Below are positions 29,991 through 40,315 of a stretch of DNA of 64,000 nt, piece by piece. The stretch covers positions 1 to 64,000 of the forward strand of contig CBDEFM010000002.1 in the NCBI GenBank assembly GCA_965237415.1, written 5' to 3'. The notes under the pieces were generated by a model. It did not search any database, was not told the DNA's origin, and saw nothing but the letters and a program-made list of their open reading frames with translations. The translations under genes were made by a program, and so were the position numbers. The stretch comes from Alphaproteobacteria bacterium. GTDB taxonomy: Bacteria; Pseudomonadota; Alphaproteobacteria; UBA828. The number at the start of each line of letters is the position of its first letter. The stretch's first letter is position 1.

Positions 29991-31113
29991 TGGCCGAGCC
30001 GCCGCCGATACGGCTCTGACACCGCCCCTTGCTCTTCCCGCACGCCCGGATCGCTCGTGCCGCCGTGCCGTCATTCTCGCGATACGTGTTTTACTGAAAG
30101 CAAAGTATTCTACATATAGAAAGAAACTGTCAACGCCATCCGCGCGCGGGTCTGGCAGGCGCGGTGCCAGACCATGCTTCTCGAACCTCCGTTCGAGTCT
30201 CCGATCGACGCAGCGGTTGGATCGATCGGAATCCGCCAGCGGCCCCCGCGAAAGGTAAGTTCCGGAAAGCACCGGCGTGGCAGAGGTCGCGAGAACGAGC
30301 GGGGCTCAGCGCCGGCGTTCGAACCGGCGCCTCGTTCCATACGCACACCGGCCGGCGTTCTCTTCCTCCACGGCGCTGCCGGCTTCGGACCGCTCGGCGT
30401 TGCCCCCTGGAAGGCCGCCAGATCGGCGACCAGGTGACGAACCAACTCGCGGACCTCGCCCTCCGGAATCCTTGAACGCTCCGCGTACCTGCATTTGATT
30501 GCCACGCTTGGCTTCGTCACACTTCGAAAGACCTCAGCCAGGCAAGACCCGTATCGTTTTCGGAAAGTTATTGGCTATATGGAAAAGCATTTTTGACGGC
30601 AACCGGCATTGCTGCTACGGTCACTGCGTCGGGCCGCCACACTCAGCATGCTAAAATGGGGGCCCCTTCGCCGGGTGGACCGCCTTCTCCACCGCGATGC
30701 CGCTGTCCGGGCCTTGGGAGATTGGGCACTCAAGCTGGATCAGCGGTTCTTCGACGCCTCAACGGGGCCATTTGCGCCGGACGAGCCCGCCTGCGGTCGT
30801 CTTCCACGGGCCTGTTCCGCGCCCCACGGCTCCACCGGAGATCGGATTGCAGCTCTCAAACGGTAGTTGTGAGAACGGCAGCGTCCTACGGCTCGGCCAT
30901 GCGCAACTCGACACCGCCTACTTGAGGATCTGGGCTCAAGAGGCCCGGCACGTGTCCGGTGGCGGCGACACGTCTGCCCGCTCGTCCTCAGGTCGACCGG
31001 GGTCCGCGGGGCACGATGGCCGGCTCGCCAGTGAGATGAACGGCAGTCTCTGGTATCGACCAAAGCCGGTGGTATTGTTTCCATAGCGAAAATCGACCGG
31101 GATCGAACCTTCG

Positions 31114-31761
31114 ATGGCGGCTGACCGGCAAGAGCGGAACAACATCGGCAGGGCTCTGCAGCGCCTGAGGAAGGACAATGACCTGACCCTCGCGGCGGTC
31201 AGCGCCAGGACCGGCGTGGCAATCTCGACTCTTTCGAAGATCGAGAACAACCAGTCGTCACCCAACTTCGACGTGCTGACCCGTCTCGCCGAGGGTCTCG
31301 GCCTGGACCTCATCACGCTATTGGGCGACAGCTTCTGCACGTTTGCATCCGGCGCCAGGACGATCAACCGCGTCAACCAGGGCGTTCGCTACAATACGCC
31401 CATCGGCGCGTACGAGGCCCTGAGCAACGAAATTGCAATGAAGGCCCTTCAGCCCGCGTTGATTCAGGTGCCGACCGGAAAGCGCGAACCCTCGGCCATG
31501 AGCAGCCATGCCGGCGAGGAATTCGTCTACATCCTGCGCGGAACCGTGCGCTTCTACATGGAACCCTACAGCCCGACCGTTCTGGAGCAGGGCGACTCGG
31601 TGCATTTCGACAGCCTGATGCGGCACGGGTTCGTCGCCTTGGGCGACGAGGATGCCCTGATCCTCTCGGTTTCCGTGTTCGACAGGGAGTTCACCAAGGA
31701 GATGATGGAGGGATCCTCCGACGAACCGAACGGGGATGGCGACGTTACCGGAGAGGAATAG
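31114..31761 (+). CDS. XRE family regulator with cupin domain
   Basis: HTH ISTLSKIENNQSSPN; cupin HAGEEFVYILRG..GDSVHFDS..H. Confidence 0.9.
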   Translation: MAADRQERNNIGRALQRLRKDNDLTLAAVSARTGVAISTLSKIENNQSSPNFDVLTRLAEGLGLDLITLLGDSFCTFASGARTINRVNQGVRYNTPIGAYEALSNEIAMKALQPALIQVPTGKREPSAMSSHAGEEFVYILRGTVRFYMEPYSPTVLEQGDSVHFDSLMRHGFVALGDEDALILSVSVFDREFTKEMMEGSSDEPNGDGDVTGEE

Positions 31762-31853
31762 GGGGGTCTCCACCGTCGGGAGGCGTCCACCGGCAATCCA
31801 TACCGCTCACGTCCCCGCGTTTCACATGAGCCGGGATCGTGGACGGACCGCGC

Positions 31854-32977
31854 TCAGTCCTTCCAGGCTTCGGCGGCGCGTGCGACGGCGTCCCGGTCCA
31901 TCGTAAAGCCCAGTCCCGGCCCGTCGAGGACCGGCAGCTTTCCGTCTCGCAGCGTAAGGTCGGGGTGCTTGACGATATCCCAGGCCAGCAAATGGTTCAT
32001 GTACTGGTTGCCGCCGTCCAGGTTTGGCGTCACCGCCGCCGCGTGATTGGCCGCCGCCGTCGTGATCCCCGTCTCGTAGAGCCCGTGGATGCAGACATCG
32101 ATATCCGCCGCGGCCGCGATGTGCGCCACCTTGCAGAAGCGCAGGAGCCCCCCGGTTTCGTGCAGGCCGACGACGAGCAGGTCGGCGGCGTGCTGGCGGC
32201 AGGCGTCCAACGCGTCGGCGGGCGTGAAGACGCTCTGGTCAGCCGCGATCGCGACCGGGCTCGCGGCCCGGACTCGCGCCAGCGCGTCGAGGCTCTCCGC
32301 GTGCGTGGGCTGCTCGACCAGCTCGATGTCATACGCTGAGAGCCTGCGGATCATGCGGGCGGCGCGGGCCGGCGACCAGTGCTCGTTGGAGTCGAGCCGC
32401 AGGCGCTTGTCCGGCCCGATGGCCGCGCGCACCTGGGCCACCACCTCGGTGTCCAAGCGGTCGCCGCGCCCCACCTTGACGTAGATCACCTCGCAGCCCG
32501 AGGCCGCGAGCCGCCCGGCCTCGGCGGCCACGTCCTCCGCGGTTGCGCCCTGGGGGAACCCGAAGTAGCGCACCTCGTCGCGAACCGCACCGCCCAGCAG
32601 TTCATGGACGGGGCGCGGCCTGTCGCCTTGCCCATGACGTCCCACAACGCCATCTCGAGCCCGGCCAGCACCTGGCCCGCGAACCTCGGGGCGCTGCAGG
32701 TGCCCTGGAGCTCGAAGAGCGCATGGTAGGCCTCGCCCATCAGCCGGGCGTTCTCGAAGGGACTGCGGCCGATGCAGAGATCGGCCGCGCGCGCGAGATA
32801 GGCCTGGATGCCTTCGGCCGACGGCATCCCGATTGACTCCCCATAGCCGGTCACGCCCTCGTCGGTGCGGACCTCCACCAGGATCACGCCGGCGCCGTGG
32901 ATGACGCCCTGGGCGAAGTGGTAGGGCTGCTTGTAGGGGATCCAGAGCGGCGTGGTAACGATCTCGCTGATCCTCAC
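31854..32977 (-). pseudogene. Mandelate racemase/muconate lactonizing enzyme family, frameshifted near 32615
   Basis: VEVRTDEGVTGYGE..EMALWD.MGK in one frame; RPVHELLGG, YVKVG, LDSNE, VEQP, ADQS, GPGLG in another. Confidence 0.8.
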
Positions 32978-32994
32978 CGTTCCTCCTCCGACGG

Positions 32995-34287
32995 TCAGCG
33001 GCCCAGCACCAGATTGGGGAGCCAGAGGGAAACCTCCGGCACGTAGGTCGTGACGATGAGCGTCGGCAGCCACGCGAACACGATCATCAGCGTGGTCGGC
33101 CACAGCATCTTGCTCACCTGCGTGTTGGCCACCCGCGCACCCAGGTAGAGCAGCGGCGCCGTCGGCGGAGTGACGTTCCCCATGCCGAGGTTCACGCCGA
33201 TGATGGCGGCGAAGTGGATCGGGTCCACGCCGAGCTTCATGGCGATGGGCAGCAGCAGCGGAGAGGCCAGCAGGACACCCGAGACGTCGTCCATCAGCAT
33301 GCCGATGATGACGATCACGATGTTGATCATGATGAGGACGACGATGGGGTTGGCAGAGACCGAGAAGATCATCTCCTCGGCGAGGCCGGTGACGTCCTCG
33401 AAGATGAGGAGCCGGCTCACGATCATCACGGTGAAGAACATCACCATGACGACGCCGGTGGTGGTCCCAGACTCGACCAGCGCCTCGACGAAGGTCTTGC
33501 GGTTGAGGCCGCGGTAGATGAACCAGCCCACGGGGATGGCGTAGAGCACCGCGACGCCCGCGGCCTCGGTGGGCGTCATGATGCCGCCGTAGATGCCGCC
33601 CAGGATGACCACCGGCATCATCAGCGCGGGGAAGGCCTTGGTGCCGCGCCTCGCCGCCTCGCAGGAGAAGCTCTCGGGCGCAGGCTCCACCTTGATGTTC
33701 TTCTGCCGCGCCATCAGCACCAGGTTGAGCGCACACAGGAGAAAGATGAGGATCAGGCCCGGAACCACCGTGGCGAGGAAGCACTTCAGCACCGACTGGC
33801 GCGTCACCCAGGCATAGATGATCTGGATCGAGCTCGGCGGGATGAGCAGACCCAGCGGCGCCGCATTGGCGATCAGCGCCGCCGAGAAGCCCTCGGGATA
33901 ATTGGCCGCTCTGAGCCGGGGCAGCAGCACCGAGCCGATGCAGGTGAGCGTCGCCGCCGCGCTGCCGGAGATCGAGCCGAAGATGGCGCTGGCGATGACG
34001 GCGGCGGTCGACATCCCGCCGCGCACGCGGCCGACGAAGAGTTCCGCCAGATACACCATGGGCACGGCGATCCGGCCCTTCTCCATGATGCTGCCGGCCA
34101 TGATGAAGAGCGGGATGGCCAGCAGCACCAGGTTGTTCATGCGCCAGTGACCCGAGGTCATGAAGGTCATCGGGTCCGTGTCGGCGAAGATCGCGAGGTA
34201 GATCATCACCGCGCCGAAGGCGAGGGGCACGGGCAGCCCGACCACCAGCACCACGCAGAGCAGGATCAAGGCGCCGAGCAGCATCAT
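32995..34287 (-). CDS. dctM: TRAP transporter large permease
   Basis: LLAIPLF, FGSISGSA.A, IPPS, TPTEAA, GVDPIHF, TPP. Confidence 0.92.
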   Translation of the reverse strand: MMLLGALILLCVVLVVGLPVPLAFGAVMIYLAIFADTDPMTFMTSGHWRMNNLVLLAIPLFIMAGSIMEKGRIAVPMVYLAELFVGRVRGGMSTAAVIASAIFGSISGSAAATLTCIGSVLLPRLRAANYPEGFSAALIANAAPLGLLIPPSSIQIIYAWVTRQSVLKCFLATVVPGLILIFLLCALNLVLMARQKNIKVEPAPESFSCEAARRGTKAFPALMMPVVILGGIYGGIMTPTEAAGVAVLYAIPVGWFIYRGLNRKTFVEALVESGTTTGVVMVMFFTVMIVSRLLIFEDVTGLAEEMIFSVSANPIVVLIMINIVIVIIGMLMDDVSGVLLASPLLLPIAMKLGVDPIHFAAIIGVNLGMGNVTPPTAPLLYLGARVANTQVSKMLWPTTLMIVFAWLPTLIVTTYVPEVSLWLPNLVLGR

Positions 34288-34811
34288 GGCGCGTCTCCCC
34301 GCGCCTCATGGCTCGCAGGCGTGGCGCCCGGCGAGCGGCCTATCAGGCGGATGAAGTGCATCGCCGAGTAGGCCGTCATCAGCACGAAGCCGAGGAGGAT
34401 GACGCCGCGCGGAACGGCCAGCGGGATGCTGTAGACGGGGGTGGCGGGGAGGTCCGGGTAGCGCGACAGATCGTCCGCCACCATCAGGTAGGCCCAGTAG
34501 GAGAGGACCGCGCCGATGGCGACCTCCAGCCCGATGATGACGAAATCCAGCCACCGCTTCGCCGCCTCGGACTTGATCCACTCCTTGAGCAGGTCCGCCT
34601 TGATGTGGGTGTTGTCGTGGCTGCCCTGGGCCGAGCCGATGAAGTAGAGGGTGAAGGCGGCCGCCATCATCCACTCTTCATAGGCGAAGAGGTTCATCTG
34701 GAAGCCGTAGCGCAGCACGACCACGACTCCGAAGGTGGTCGCGATCAGCAGCGAGCAGACGACCAGCAGAACCTTCTGAACGAAGAGGACCGCGCGGATC
34801 AGCCTGGCCAT
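34284..34811 (-). CDS. dctQ: TRAP transporter small permease
   Basis: Four TM segments, V.LRY, YEE, HIKAD. Confidence 0.88.
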   Translation of the reverse strand: MARLIRAVLFVQKVLLVVCSLLIATTFGVVVVLRYGFQMNLFAYEEWMMAAAFTLYFIGSAQGSHDNTHIKADLLKEWIKSEAAKRWLDFVIIGLEVAIGAVLSYWAYLMVADDLSRYPDLPATPVYSIPLAVPRGVILLGFVLMTAYSAMHFIRLIGRSPGATPASHEARGDAP

Positions 34812-34923
34812 CGCCAGCCTCCCGCGTGAAGCGCTGCAGGCGCACCCTGCATGGCCCGCTCCTTAGCTACCGCTGCTACTTCCTGGATTAGGACGGAACG
34901 GGCCTGCCACGCAATTCGAAGCG

Positions 34924-34980
34924 AAAAAAGGACCGCCGCGGCCATCCCGAGGACAGGGACTGGGAGGGGGCCGCGGCGGT
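34924..34980 (-). terminator. Stem-loop plus U tract after dctP
   Basis: Minus strand ACCGCCGCGGCC..GGCCGCGGCGGT then CCTTTTTT. Confidence 0.55.
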
Positions 34981-34995
34981 GGCCTCGCCGGGCCT

Positions 34996-35997
34996 TCAGT
35001 TGGAATCGGCCTGCAGCCTCGCCATCAGATCGGCCCCGAACTTCTCCTCGAGAAGCGGCCCGACCTGCGCCAGCACCTCTGCGCCCATCGCGGCACGCTC
35101 CTCATCGGTGATCGGGACCACCGTGACGCCGTGATCCGCCAGCTTCTGCGTGTACTCGACATCGACCATCTCGGTCTGGTCGAAGGACCAGGTGGACGCC
35201 TTCTGGAAGGCCGCCGTCACCGCCTCCCGCTGCGCCGCGTCGAGGCCCTCCCACACGCCCTTGTTCATGTAGTACGCCGTGTTCTCCACGAACGCGTTGT
35301 AGGGGATGAAGTGGGTGATGATGTCGCGGAAGATGGTGTAGTAGGACTCCGCCGTACCGCCGACCACACCGTCGACGGTGCCCTGCTGGATCGCCGCCGG
35401 CACGTCGCCCCAGTTCATGGTCGTGGTGTTGAAGCCCATGGCGGTCACAGAATCATGGGCGACCTCGGCGCTCCAGATGCGGATGTTCACGCCCTTCGGC
35501 CCCGTCGTCGTCGCGTTCTCCGGCGCCTTGGCCGTCGCCACGCCGATGAAGCCCTCGACGAAGATACCGAGCAGCTTCACCCCCTGATTGTCCAGGAGCT
35601 CCTCGAAGGTCGTGTAGAAGGCGGAGCCGGGCGAGAAGGCCGCCCGCATCTGGTCGTAGTTGGAGACCATGAAGGGGAGCCCGTTGATCTCCAGCCTGGG
35701 GTCGTTGTGGCTGTAGATGAAGGTGTGGCCCACGTCGATGGCGCCGGCGGCGACATCGCCGAAGACCTGCTCGCCGTAGCCGAGCTGGCCGGCGGGGAAG
35801 GTCTTGACGTTCAGGCCCACGTCGGCGGCTTCGAGATCCGCCTCGATCTGGTTGAGCGCCTCCGTTCCGAAGTGATCGATCGGGTGCTGACCCGCGATCC
35901 TGAGGCGGACCTCGTCGGCGCCGGCCGACGACGCAACGGCGCCGGCGAAGAGGGCTACCGCCGCCATCAGGGCGGCGATCCGACTGTGCAGCTTCAT
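34996..35997 (-). CDS. dctP: TRAP transporter substrate-binding protein
   Basis: Signal peptide, FPAGQLG, IRI, WGDV..AIQQGTVDG. Confidence 0.9.
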   Translation of the reverse strand: MKLHSRIAALMAAVALFAGAVASSAGADEVRLRIAGQHPIDHFGTEALNQIEADLEAADVGLNVKTFPAGQLGYGEQVFGDVAAGAIDVGHTFIYSHNDPRLEINGLPFMVSNYDQMRAAFSPGSAFYTTFEELLDNQGVKLLGIFVEGFIGVATAKAPENATTTGPKGVNIRIWSAEVAHDSVTAMGFNTTTMNWGDVPAAIQQGTVDGVVGGTAESYYTIFRDIITHFIPYNAFVENTAYYMNKGVWEGLDAAQREAVTAAFQKASTWSFDQTEMVDVEYTQKLADHGVTVVPITDEERAAMGAEVLAQVGPLLEEKFGADLMARLQADSN

Positions 35998-36339
35998 GGC
36001 TTCCTCCATTGTTTGAGCCTGCCGTAGCGCGGCATGGGATTTTCATACTCGAAGAAAAGTTGAACGATAGCAAAAAATATGCCCTTCAGCCACACGTCAT
36101 ATGCCAGCCGCTCGCTCGCTCGATCGCTTCTCGAAGCCGCCGGCGCCGTTCCACGCCGTACCGCGCGGTTGGGCGGGTCCGAACCTGCAGTACCCCGGTC
36201 GGATGCCTTCAGGCAGCGATCGCGTGTGCCTTGGTGAGGCCGGAGCTGGGGCAGCAGCAACTGCCGTTCCTGCGTAGAGCGGCGCCGGCCTCATAGGGCG
36301 TCCTTCCACGCACGGAATCTTTATTGGGGGAGCACCGCC

Positions 36340-36630
36340 ATGCGCGTCGCGATGATTGGTGCCGGTTACGTCGGTCTGGTGTCGGCCTCGTGCATTTCGG
36401 AGTTCGGCTTCACCGTGACCTGCGTCGATACCGAGCCGGAGAGGATCGCGGCGCTCCGGGAAGGCCGGGTTCCGATCTACGAGCCGGGCCTGGAGCCGCT
36501 GCTCGCCGCCAATGTTGCCGCCGGGCGCCTTTGCTTCACCGGGGACTTCGCGGACGCCGTTCCTCAGGCCGACGTTGTGATGCTGGCCGTCGGCACACCC
36601 AGCCGGCGGGACGACGGCCATGCCGATCTG
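36340..36630 (+). pseudogene. ugd: UDP-glucose 6-dehydrogenase N-terminal fragment
   Basis: IGAGYVGL, PIYEPGL, AVGTPS..DGHADL then breaks off. Confidence 0.85.
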
Positions 36631-36829
36631 TCATTCTTGCACTGACCCTGCCGCGCTGCGCCTCCGACCGGGCAAGCCCTGCCCAATACGAGCTCAAGCC
36701 CCCTATCACCGTGCAGCGCTCCACCCATCATCCCCACATATTCGTTTCTGGCCCCACCTTCCGCACCATCGCGCGATAGCTGCCACCGAAGCTCCCGCCC
36801 ATGCCAACGGCAAAGGCAAAGGCCGCAGC

Positions 36830-37240
36830 TTTCCGGCAGGCGCCGGCGCGCCACGGTTCCCCGCCGTCAGTGGCACCATGAAGGCGCTACGACTTCCTGT
36901 TCCGCATGCCCTTCGCCTTATGGTTTCGCCAGCCGGCTCCGCAGGTGCCTGCCTCGTTCGTGTCCGCCCTGAGGCGCTCCCGGCGACTTGCAGGCCGGTC
37001 GCCGGAGCGGGGTATCTGTTGGTCACGCTGGCCGTCCCCCTCCAGTGCTTTTCCTCATGGGCAAGAACAGGACCTCACAGATTCCCTGGCGAACCATCCC
37101 GTGGCTCTGCGCCTTTCCAAGACCCCGGATGACCCGTCGCACCTCGCCTGTTGCGGTGCTTCCGGTATTGCCCCCAAGCCCAACACACTGAAGGCGTCGC
37201 CGCTTTCCGTGATTTCGAGGCTTACCGAGCGGCTTCACCG
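36830..37240 (-). mobile_element. Group II intron 5' RNA fragment
   Basis: Reverse complement shares blocks with 49860-50270 (GGTAAGCCTCGAAATC, CCTGCGGAGCCGGCTGGCGAAA, CAGGAAGTCGTAGCGC, GGCGGGGAACCGTGGC). Confidence 0.75.
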
Positions 37241-37562
37241 CAAGCGGCAGACGCCCCCTGCTAGTCTGGCTGTTCGTGGGCGTGCGAATCTGACGCTGAT
37301 CTGCATGCTAAGATGTTGACATTATTAGGCTCTGAGGGGTCAACGTATTTCTCCGAACAACGAGTACGGACGCAGCGCCCCTACGAGATTCGACCGCTCA
37401 GACCGTGGATGGGTCGTCGACGGCACGGCGTTAGACGGAACGCTCGCCTTGCCTTGATGCAGACCGGTTGACCGACCCGGCATGCAATAGAAATGCATAT
37501 GACTTCTCCATTATGAAAATACATGTACTAATATGGATAGTTTCTCTAATAGTGCGTCCCGG

Positions 37563-37659
37563 CGCATTACGGCAGGCTGAACAGTGAAGGAAACCGCGAA
37601 GCTGCATAGCCGGATTGACGCTCTTGCGGCGTCGGCGGCGACATTCGGCGGCGCCCTCG
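37563..37659 (+). pseudogene. Decayed inverted copy of the dctP 5' end
   Basis: TACGGCAGGCT..GAAGCTGCATAGCCGGAT; KLHSRIDALAA vs KLHSRIAALMA. Confidence 0.7.
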
Positions 37660-37969
37660 GGTCGTGTCCCCGGGAGTGGTGTAAGAGCGTCGGCTTGACG
37701 TCGGTCTTTGCCGGTTGAGGTTTCCGACTTTTCAGGCTGCGATGGTTAGCGGCCCAGGATCAGGGTCGCTGATCTGGGCCAAGGTTTCCAAGGTCATGTA
37801 TCGGCGGCAGACGGCCCATTCGTCGGACTGCTCGGCGAGGATGGCGCCGACGAGGCGGGTGACGGCGGCCTCGTTGGGGAAGATGCCGACGACGTTGGTC
37901 CTGCGCTTGATCTCCTTGTTGACGCGCTCCAGGGGATTGGAGGAGTGGATCTTGGTCCTGTGGTCGCTA

Positions 37970-39145
37970 GTGTCCCGATTCCGAAGTTTTAATGATTTTT
38001 CTCTGACGTTCGGCAGTTTCGAGAGTGCGCAGGCAGAAGCGTTTGATGGTGGCGAGGATGTCGTCGGCGGACTTGGTCCAGCGGAAGCGTCGTGGGTCGG
38101 TGTTGACGGTGTCGATGTAGTTACGAATCGCCTGCTCGAGTTCCTGTGTCGAACGATGGATCCCGCGCCGGAGCTGTTTTTCGGTCAGCAGGGCGAAGAA
38201 GCGCTCGACCTGGTTCAGCCAGGAAGCGCCGGTCGGCGTGAAGTGGACATGCCAGCGCGGATGGCCGGCCAGCCAGCGTCGCACCGCCGGCGTCTTGTGG
38301 GTTGCGTAGTTGTCCATGACCAGATGGACGTCGAGGTCGTCGGGGACCTGGGTTTCGAGAGTGCGCCGGAACTTAAGGAACTCGCGGCTGCGGTGACGCG
38401 GAAGGCACTGTCCGATGATCTTGCCGGTGGCGATGTCGAGGGCGGCGAACAGCGTGGTGGTGCCGTGGCGCATGTAGTCATGGGTGCGTCGCTCGACCTG
38501 TCCGGGCCGCATGGGCAGCATCGGCTGGGTGCGGTCGAGCGCCTGGATCTGGCTCTTCTCGTCGACGCAGAGCACGAGCGCGCGCGGGCGGGTCGAGGTA
38601 GAGACCAACGATGTCGCGCACCTTGTCGACAAACAGCGGGTCCGCCGACAGCTTGAACGTCTCTGAGCGATGCGGCTGCAGGCCGAAGGCTTGCCAAATC
38701 CGGTGGATGGTCGAAGGCGCATAGCCTGAGGCGCGGGCCATCGACCGCAGACTCCAATGCGTGCCGTCGGGCGGCGTCTCCTCCAGGGTGCGGCCGATGA
38801 CCTCCGCGATCTGCTCATCGCCGATCTTGCGCGGAGCCCCGGAACGCGGCTCGTCGTAGAGGCCGTCGAGCCGGTGCTCGGCAAAGCGCCGGCGCCACTT
38901 GCCGACCGTATTCGCGTCGGCCCCCACCCGCTCAACAATCGCCTTGTTCTCCAGCCCTTCGGCCGCCGCCAGCACAATCCGTGCCCGCCGCGCCAGCCCC
39001 TGGGCCGTCTTCCGACGGCGGGCCAAGCCTTCCAGCTCACGCCGCTCCGCTTCCGACAACGTGATCGTCACCGCTGCTCTGCTCACCAGTCATCCCTCCA
39101 ACGCAACCGATGAACATACTCTAATAAACTTCTCGATCAGGACAC
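37970..39145 (-). mobile_element. IS630 family element; transposase from 39086, frameshifted near 38580
   Basis: IRs GTGTCCCGATTCCGAAGTTT / AAACTTCTCGATCAGGACAC with TA flanks; [24 protein letters not shown]. Confidence 0.92.
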
Positions 39146-39147
39146 TA

Positions 39148-39274
39148 GTCACCTGAATCTGAAGTTCGCCACATAAAGACAACTATATTGCACGACCACA
39201 TTCTTCGACAATAGAGCGACTTAGTGTGACGACACTGCCAATTGAAAATGATCTCAACTTCAGTGTCAGGTGAC
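39148..39274. mobile_element. 127-bp MITE with IS630-type ends
   Basis: GTCACCTGAATCTGAAGTT..AACTTCAGTGTCAGGTGAC, TA flanks in CTAG context, AT-rich interior. Confidence 0.85.
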
Positions 39275-39491
39275 TAGGGAAGGTCATGAAGGCGAGCACG
39301 TCGGGCTCGGCCTCGTCCATGAGCCGGGCGAGGGTCTCGAAGCGGGGGCGCAAGGGGTCCGCGACCTGGCGCCACTGTGCCGAGGCGGCTGCATGGTCCT
39401 CCTGGACGAAGGCGGTGCGGATGGCGGCGGCGACCATGTCGCGCTGGCCCTTGGGAACGTGAGCGAGCGCGTTGCGCATGAAGTGGACGCG

Positions 39492-39933
39492 GGGGTTGTT
39501 GAAGAACCCGATTTTGGGAAGATCGGAATGTGGGTTCATGCAATCACGGCCGCCCGGAGGTCGGTTCGGAGCGCTTGGGCGCCGTGGACACCCAGCGGAC
39601 ATTGCCAAGCACCCCGAGCCGTGCAGACAGCGCAAAGGATCACAAGGAAAGGGGCGGCGAGCCGCTTGAGATTGATCGCAGCGGCCGTCAGGTAGACCTG
39701 GATATTCATGTTGTCGAGGCCACGCCGGACGGCGCGTGCGAGCCCGTGCCACGTCTTGGCCTCTCCGTGGAAGCCTTCCGAACGCCAACGATGACGCTGG
39801 TACAGTCGCTCTTCCCCCTCGGTCCAGTGTGCGCTTCGGCGACGGGCGCGGAGCAACGCCGGATAGTCGTTTCCGATCACCACCGCCTTGGTGACGCGCG
39901 CCTTCGACAGGCAGTCCCCCTTGAGCGGACAGG
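39492..39933 (-). mobile_element. IS1182 family transposase 3' fragment
   Basis: CPLKGDC, Y.RHRWRSEGFHGEAK.WHGL.RA..RGL, AAINLKRL; end TTCTTCAACAACCCC. Confidence 0.75.
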
Positions 39934-40313
39934 GCGCTCGCCTACATGGCCTTTCCCAAAGTGCGTCGCACCAAGTTACACTCGACCAGTCCCCTCGAAC
40001 GCCTCAACGGCGAGATCAAGCAACGCACCAACGTCGTCGGCCTTCGGCCGGCGGTCCTTCCACTGGAAGACTCACTCCTTCGCCTCACTCCCCAGCGAGG
40101 ACGCCATCGCCCGACTGGTCGGCGCGATCCTGGTCGACCGGAACGACGAATGGGTAGCCCAGACGGCACGCTACATGACCCTGGAAACCATCGCCACGGT
40201 GAGTGACAATGCGCTCATTGAGTTGCCAGCCGTGGCCGCGTGACTGACCCGGCCCAATCGGCCGGATACCGTGCAGAACTCAACGCTTTTGCACTACGAC
40301 TAGGGATACGATC
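39934..40313 (+). mobile_element. Second IS256 family 3' fragment (degraded)
   Basis: YMAFP..TKLHSTSPLERLNGEIKQRTNVVG; RLVGAIL..NDEW..RYMTLETI. Confidence 0.8.
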
Positions 40314-40315
40314 TC

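Larger units (their letters stand above)
37660..39491 (-). mobile_element. IS256 family 3' half, interrupted at CTAG by IS630 plus a MITE
   Basis: VHFMRNAL..AFMTFP|[24 protein letters not shown]; end GGTCGTGTCCC..GTGGTGTAAG at 37660. Confidence 0.85.

Noticed and set aside
30000-31050. Short ORFs between the FseA-like relics and the XRE gene
   Set aside because: No recognisable motifs; cannot be told apart from degraded or non-coding DNA.
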